A DNA stretch of 12,223 nucleotides from Myxococcota bacterium. Lineage in GTDB: Bacteria > Myxococcota_A > UBA9160 > PR03. Both the position numbers and the translations under genes were made by a program. Each line of letters starts with the position of its first letter. Positions within the stretch are counted from its first letter, which is position 1. Positions 9,004 to 12,223 of the stretch are shown here, piece by piece. A model generated the notes under the pieces. That model saw only the letters and a program-made list of their open reading frames with translations. It ran no database searches and was not told where the DNA came from. The DNA is taken from positions 1 through 12,223 of the forward strand of contig JBFIML010000075.1 of assembly GCA_041611735.1 (NCBI GenBank). The letters run 5' to 3'.

Positions 9004-9762
9004 TCAGCGGCTGCCGCTCGATGCGAGCCAGGCGAGGGAGGCCGCGCGGGCCTCGGAGCTGAGCCAGCCTTCGAGCATGGGATCCGCCGCCCGCGACACG
9101 ACCGCTTCGATCCTCGCCATGGCGGCGTGGCGCACCTGGTGCTTGATGCGCCCGTAGCTGTCCGCGGGCATGCTCGCCAGGTCGCGCGCCACTTCGAGGG
9201 CGCGCCCGAGCACGGCTTCCGGCGGCTGGAGCTCGTCGAGCAGGCCGCGCCTTTGCGCCTCGTCGGGTCCGAACGTCCGGGCGGAGAGCGTGGTGTAACG
9301 AACGTCCTGCGGCGCGCACTCCGCACTCAGGACGATCATGGCAACGGCTGGGAACGGGATGCCGACGCGAGCCTCGGTCAGGCCGAACTGGGCGTCTCCC
9401 ACGGGGCCGACCCGGTAATCGGCCACCAGGGTCATGACGAGAGCTCCGGCCACGGCATGGCCGTTGACGGCGGCCACCACGGGAATCGGGCACGCGTACA
9501 GCCCTCCGATCACGCGGTTCAGCACGGCGAGGAAATCGCGCTGCTCCGCCACCGAGTAGCCCGGCACGACCTTGAGATCGAGCCCCCCCGAGAAGAAGCG
9601 TCCGGTGCCCGTCAGGACGAGAGCCCGTGCCTTCTTCACCACCTGCGAAGCCAGGACGGCCTCCACCTCGCGAGCCAGCTCGAGGCAGAACGCGTTGGCC
9701 GGCGGCCGGTTCAACGTCAGGACGGTGATCCCATCGGGGTTCTCGACGACCGCGACGTTCAC
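9004..9762 (-). CDS. Enoyl-CoA hydratase/isomerase (crotonase) family protein, 252 aa
   Basis: Motifs LTLNRPPANA, FFSGGLDL, PVVAAVNGHAVAGA, ADYRV and FGLTEARVGIP. Start re-called to GTG 9762, overlapping the sppA stop (GTGA). Confidence 0.9.
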   Translation of the reverse strand: MNVAVVENPDGITVLTLNRPPANAFCLELAREVEAVLASQVVKKARALVLTGTGRFFSGGLDLKVVPGYSVAEQRDFLAVLNRVIGGLYACPIPVVAAVNGHAVAGALVMTLVADYRVGPVGDAQFGLTEARVGIPFPAVAMIVLSAECAPQDVRYTTLSARTFGPDEAQRRGLLDELQPPEAVLGRALEVARDLASMPADSYGRIKHQVRHAAMARIEAVVSRAADPMLEGWLSSEARAASLAWLASSGSR

Positions 9763-10721
9763 CGGGGCCACCAGAGGTACAGGAAGGCCGGGCCGCGCAC
9801 GGGGCCGAACCAGGCCGAGAGGTCGAGCCCGAGCGGCGCGAGGGGCTGGGAGTAGAGGTTCTCGCGCCACTCGCGCGGCCGGTGGTAGACCACAACCCGC
9901 GAAGATTCGAGGCCGGCGCGCCGCTCCACCTCCTGCACCGTCTCGGGCAGGGTGGCGATGCCGTCCACCAGGCCCTGGGCCAGCGCCTGACGCGCCGCGT
10001 AGACGCGACCGTCGGCGAGCGCCGCCACGCGCGCCCGATCGAGCTTCGGCCGCCCCTGGACCACCACCTCGACGAAGCGGTCCTGGAGCTCGTCGAGCAC
10101 GCTCTGGAGCTGGGCGTGCTCCGCCGGGCTCATGGGGCGCAGCGGCGAGCCTGCGTCCTTGTACTCGCCAGCCGTCAGGGTCTGGTTCTGGATCCCGAGC
10201 TTTTCCATCAGCCCGGAGACGTTGATCCCGAGCATCAGCACGCCGATCGAGCCGGTGACGGTGGTCGGGTAGGCGTAGACGCTGTCCGCCGCCATGGCCA
10301 CGAAATAGGCTCCGGAGGTGGCGATGCCCAGCAGCTGGGCCACCACCGGCACCTTCTGCTGCTGCTTGAAGCGCAGGATCTCGTGGTGCACGACTTCGCT
10401 GGCGGTGACCGTGCCCCCGGGGCTGTGGATGCGGAGGATCAGGGCGCGCACGCCCTCCTCTTCGGCGCGGTCGAGCTGCGCGCGCACGCGCGTCACCACG
10501 CTCTCGCGCCCGCCGAACCCGAAGGCCCCGCCCTCCTCCTCGGACGTGATGGGCCCCTCGATCTCCACCAGCGCGATCTTCGGACCCCGCTCGCCGTAGA
10601 CGGTCTTCTCCACCAGCTCGCCACGCCAGAGCCCGCCCAGGTCCACGCTGATGCAGCCGCTCAGGAGGGCGGTCAGCGCGACGATCGCCCCCGCGCGTCC
10701 GCAACGCGGCGGGCGGCTCAC
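9759..10721 (-). CDS. sppA: Signal peptide peptidase SppA (36K type, peptidase S49), predicted lipoprotein, 320 aa
   Basis: Motifs KIALVEIEGPI, LRIHSPGGTV, ATSGAY (Ser nucleophile), TGSIGV, GEYKDAGS (Lys) and ADGRVY...A...GLVD. N-terminal signal ends in the lipobox LSGC. Start re-called to GTG 10721, overlapping the upstream TGA (GTGA). Confidence 0.92.
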   Translation of the reverse strand: MSRPPRCGRAGAIVALTALLSGCISVDLGGLWRGELVEKTVYGERGPKIALVEIEGPITSEEEGGAFGFGGRESVVTRVRAQLDRAEEEGVRALILRIHSPGGTVTASEVVHHEILRFKQQQKVPVVAQLLGIATSGAYFVAMAADSVYAYPTTVTGSIGVLMLGINVSGLMEKLGIQNQTLTAGEYKDAGSPLRPMSPAEHAQLQSVLDELQDRFVEVVVQGRPKLDRARVAALADGRVYAARQALAQGLVDGIATLPETVQEVERRAGLESSRVVVYHRPREWRENLYSQPLAPLGLDLSAWFGPVRGPAFLYLWWPR

Positions 10722-11791
10722 GCCCAGCAGACCGCCACCTGGCGGGGACCCCGATAGGGCAGCCGACCGTGGGCGACCGAGTGGTTGTCGATGGCCACCA
10801 CGTCGCCGCGCTGCCAGGGCTCGACGACGAGGTTCTTCCAGATGGCGTCGCGCACGGCCTCCATGTCGGTGTCGGAGATCTCGCCACCATCCACATGGGT
10901 GCAGTGCAGCGCCTGGGCGTCCGCCGACGCCGTGCGCCGCTTGAGCGCGACCATGACCCGGGCGAACTGCCAGAGCATCCAGTGGCGCAGGGTCGGTCGC
11001 AGGCGGAAGATGCGTGCGTACTCGCCGGGTGCGGCCGACAGGTGGAAGACGGCGGCGTGGTTGTGCCAGACGGTCTCGCCGGTCACCGGATGCTCGCGGC
11101 TCACGGGCTGTGTATTCACCAGACGCAGGCCGCCGCCCTCGGTCCATTCGAAGGCGAAGCCCTGTTCGCGGCACTTGGCCTCGACTTCCGCGCGATCGCG
11201 GGTCTCGAACATCTCGTCCCAGCGCTTGAGCTTCCAGAGGTCGAAGCGCCCCCCGCCGCCGGGCCCCGTGTAGTTGCGCACGATGCGGATGCCGCCCTCC
11301 TCGAAGCGCTTGCGCACCTCCGGGGCGAGATCGCTCCACACGCGCCGGAAGTCCACCAGCGGGGTCTCGCCGCTTCCCGCTGCGGGCGGCACCAGGCAGC
11401 AGAAGAACACCCGGCGCGGCGGGCTCGGCAGGAAGCTCATCTCGCAGTGCTGGGGAATCGGGTAGTAGCCGGGCAACTCGCTGGCCGAGAAGACGTGGTC
11501 CGTGAGGGCGTCCCGCGGCGAGGTGCCGAGGTACTCGCGCTTCAGCTCGCCGTCGATGGCCCGCGCCAGCCGCTCGAAAGCCTGGGGACCGTCCACCGCG
11601 AAGCCGCGGAAGAGCAGCGCTCCGTGCTGGGCGAGCCGCCCCTGGACCCACTCCGCGTGGTCCCGCAGCCAGGCACACAGGCGTCCGAGGTCCGCGTCCT
11701 GGCCCGGCCGCACCACCAGCGGCAGGCCGCCGGGAGCACCGGCCAGGGTCTCCAGCCGATAGGCGCCGTCGGGGGTGGCGTCGGGCGGCAC
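10718..11791 (-). CDS. TauD/TfdA-family Fe(II)/2-oxoglutarate dioxygenase, SyrP-like, 357 aa
   Basis: Motifs HGALLFRGF, GTSPR, IPQHCEMSF (H-x-E), GETPLVD, HPVTGE.VW.N and WQRGDVVAIDN..VAHGR (distal His, Arg). Start re-called to GTG 11791, 4 nt after the cupredoxin TAG, with GGAG upstream. Confidence 0.88.
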   Translation of the reverse strand: MPPDATPDGAYRLETLAGAPGGLPLVVRPGQDADLGRLCAWLRDHAEWVQGRLAQHGALLFRGFAVDGPQAFERLARAIDGELKREYLGTSPRDALTDHVFSASELPGYYPIPQHCEMSFLPSPPRRVFFCCLVPPAAGSGETPLVDFRRVWSDLAPEVRKRFEEGGIRIVRNYTGPGGGGRFDLWKLKRWDEMFETRDRAEVEAKCREQGFAFEWTEGGGLRLVNTQPVSREHPVTGETVWHNHAAVFHLSAAPGEYARIFRLRPTLRHWMLWQFARVMVALKRRTASADAQALHCTHVDGGEISDTDMEAVRDAIWKNLVVEPWQRGDVVAIDNHSVAHGRLPYRGPRQVAVCWA

Positions 11792-11795
11792 GACG

Positions 11796-12119
11796 CTACT
11801 CCACCACCACCGTGCCCGTGGCCTCCGGGTGTTGCTTGATGCGGAAACGCCAGGTGCCCGGCTCGGCGAAGCGGTGCGTCCAGGATTCGCCCTGGGCGAG
11901 GGGAGGGCTCTCGAAGGAGCCATCCGTGGCGACGATGGTGTGGCCGCCCGGCATGGCGTCGCGATTGCGGAACGTCACCGCGTCACCCGCCTGGATGGTG
12001 ACCTCCGCCGGGGCCACGTGGTTGTGCCCGACCTCGACGCGGGCGCCCTCCCCGGCCCGGGTCGCGACCGGAGCCAGGAGCTGCGCGGCGAACACGCCGG
12101 CAAGCATGAGACGCGCCAT
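11796..12119 (-). CDS. Secreted cupredoxin (plastocyanin/amicyanin)-fold protein lacking the type-1 Cu Cys and Met ligands, 107 aa
   Basis: Signal peptide MARLMLAGVFAAQLLAPVATRA. Fold pattern PAEVTIQAGDAVTFRNRD...HTIV...FESPPLAQGESWTHRFAEPGTWRF...HP...GTVVVE. Start re-called to ATG 12119 behind SD GAGGAGG (12126-12132). Confidence 0.8.
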   Translation of the reverse strand: MARLMLAGVFAAQLLAPVATRAGEGARVEVGHNHVAPAEVTIQAGDAVTFRNRDAMPGGHTIVATDGSFESPPLAQGESWTHRFAEPGTWRFRIKQHPEATGTVVVE

Positions 12120-12150
12120 GAGTACCCTCCTCGCGGAAGCAGACGCGCGG

Positions 12151-12156
12151 AGCATA
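12151..12156 (-). promoter_or_regulatory. Candidate sigma70-type -10 hexamer (TATGCT) for the four-gene minus-strand unit
   Basis: TATGCT lies ~31 nt upstream of ATG 12119 and upstream of the SD, and is conspicuous in GC-rich DNA. No recognisable -35. Confidence 0.4.
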
Positions 12157-12223
12157 CCCCGGAGCCGACGAACCCGCCCGGCCAGAAGCGGAAACGGTCG
12201 GAAGCTCAGCGCCCGGGCGAAAG

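Noticed and set aside
9004..11923. Apparent 630, 639 and 401 aa ORFs suggesting fusions or long overlaps
   Set aside because: The N-terminal extensions are off-frame read-through of the upstream genes; GTGA overlaps and domain boundaries give clean shorter starts.
12206..12223. Possible last codons of an upstream minus-strand gene ending in TGA at 12206-12208
   Set aside because: Only 18 nt are visible, too little to support a call.

Overview
Very GC-rich bacterial DNA, densely coding, with nine complete genes and one partial gene. Left to right: the 3' end of an unidentified + strand gene; then, on the - strand, a long-form LOG-family nucleotide phosphoribohydrolase, a zinc-ribbon / Pro-rich linker / degenerate NucS-like PD-(D/E)xK protein and a large (~1592 aa) NAD-glutamate dehydrogenase. 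A divergent + strand pair follows (D-2-hydroxyacid dehydrogenase and LinB/DhaA-type haloalkane dehalogenase). The window ends with a tightly coupled - strand four-gene unit: secreted cupredoxin-fold protein, TauD/SyrP-like dioxygenase, lipoprotein SppA and crotonase. Six supplied ORFs are over-extended at the 5' end, so I re-called their starts. I saw no RNA genes, mobile elements or CRISPR arrays. Most of the window is ordinary metabolism. The most unusual items are two proteins that keep a recognisable fold but appear to have lost the canonical catalytic or metal ligands: the NucS-like domain lacks E-x-K and Q-x3-Y, and the cupredoxin lacks Cys and Met. All family assignments come from motif recognition by eye, not from database searches.
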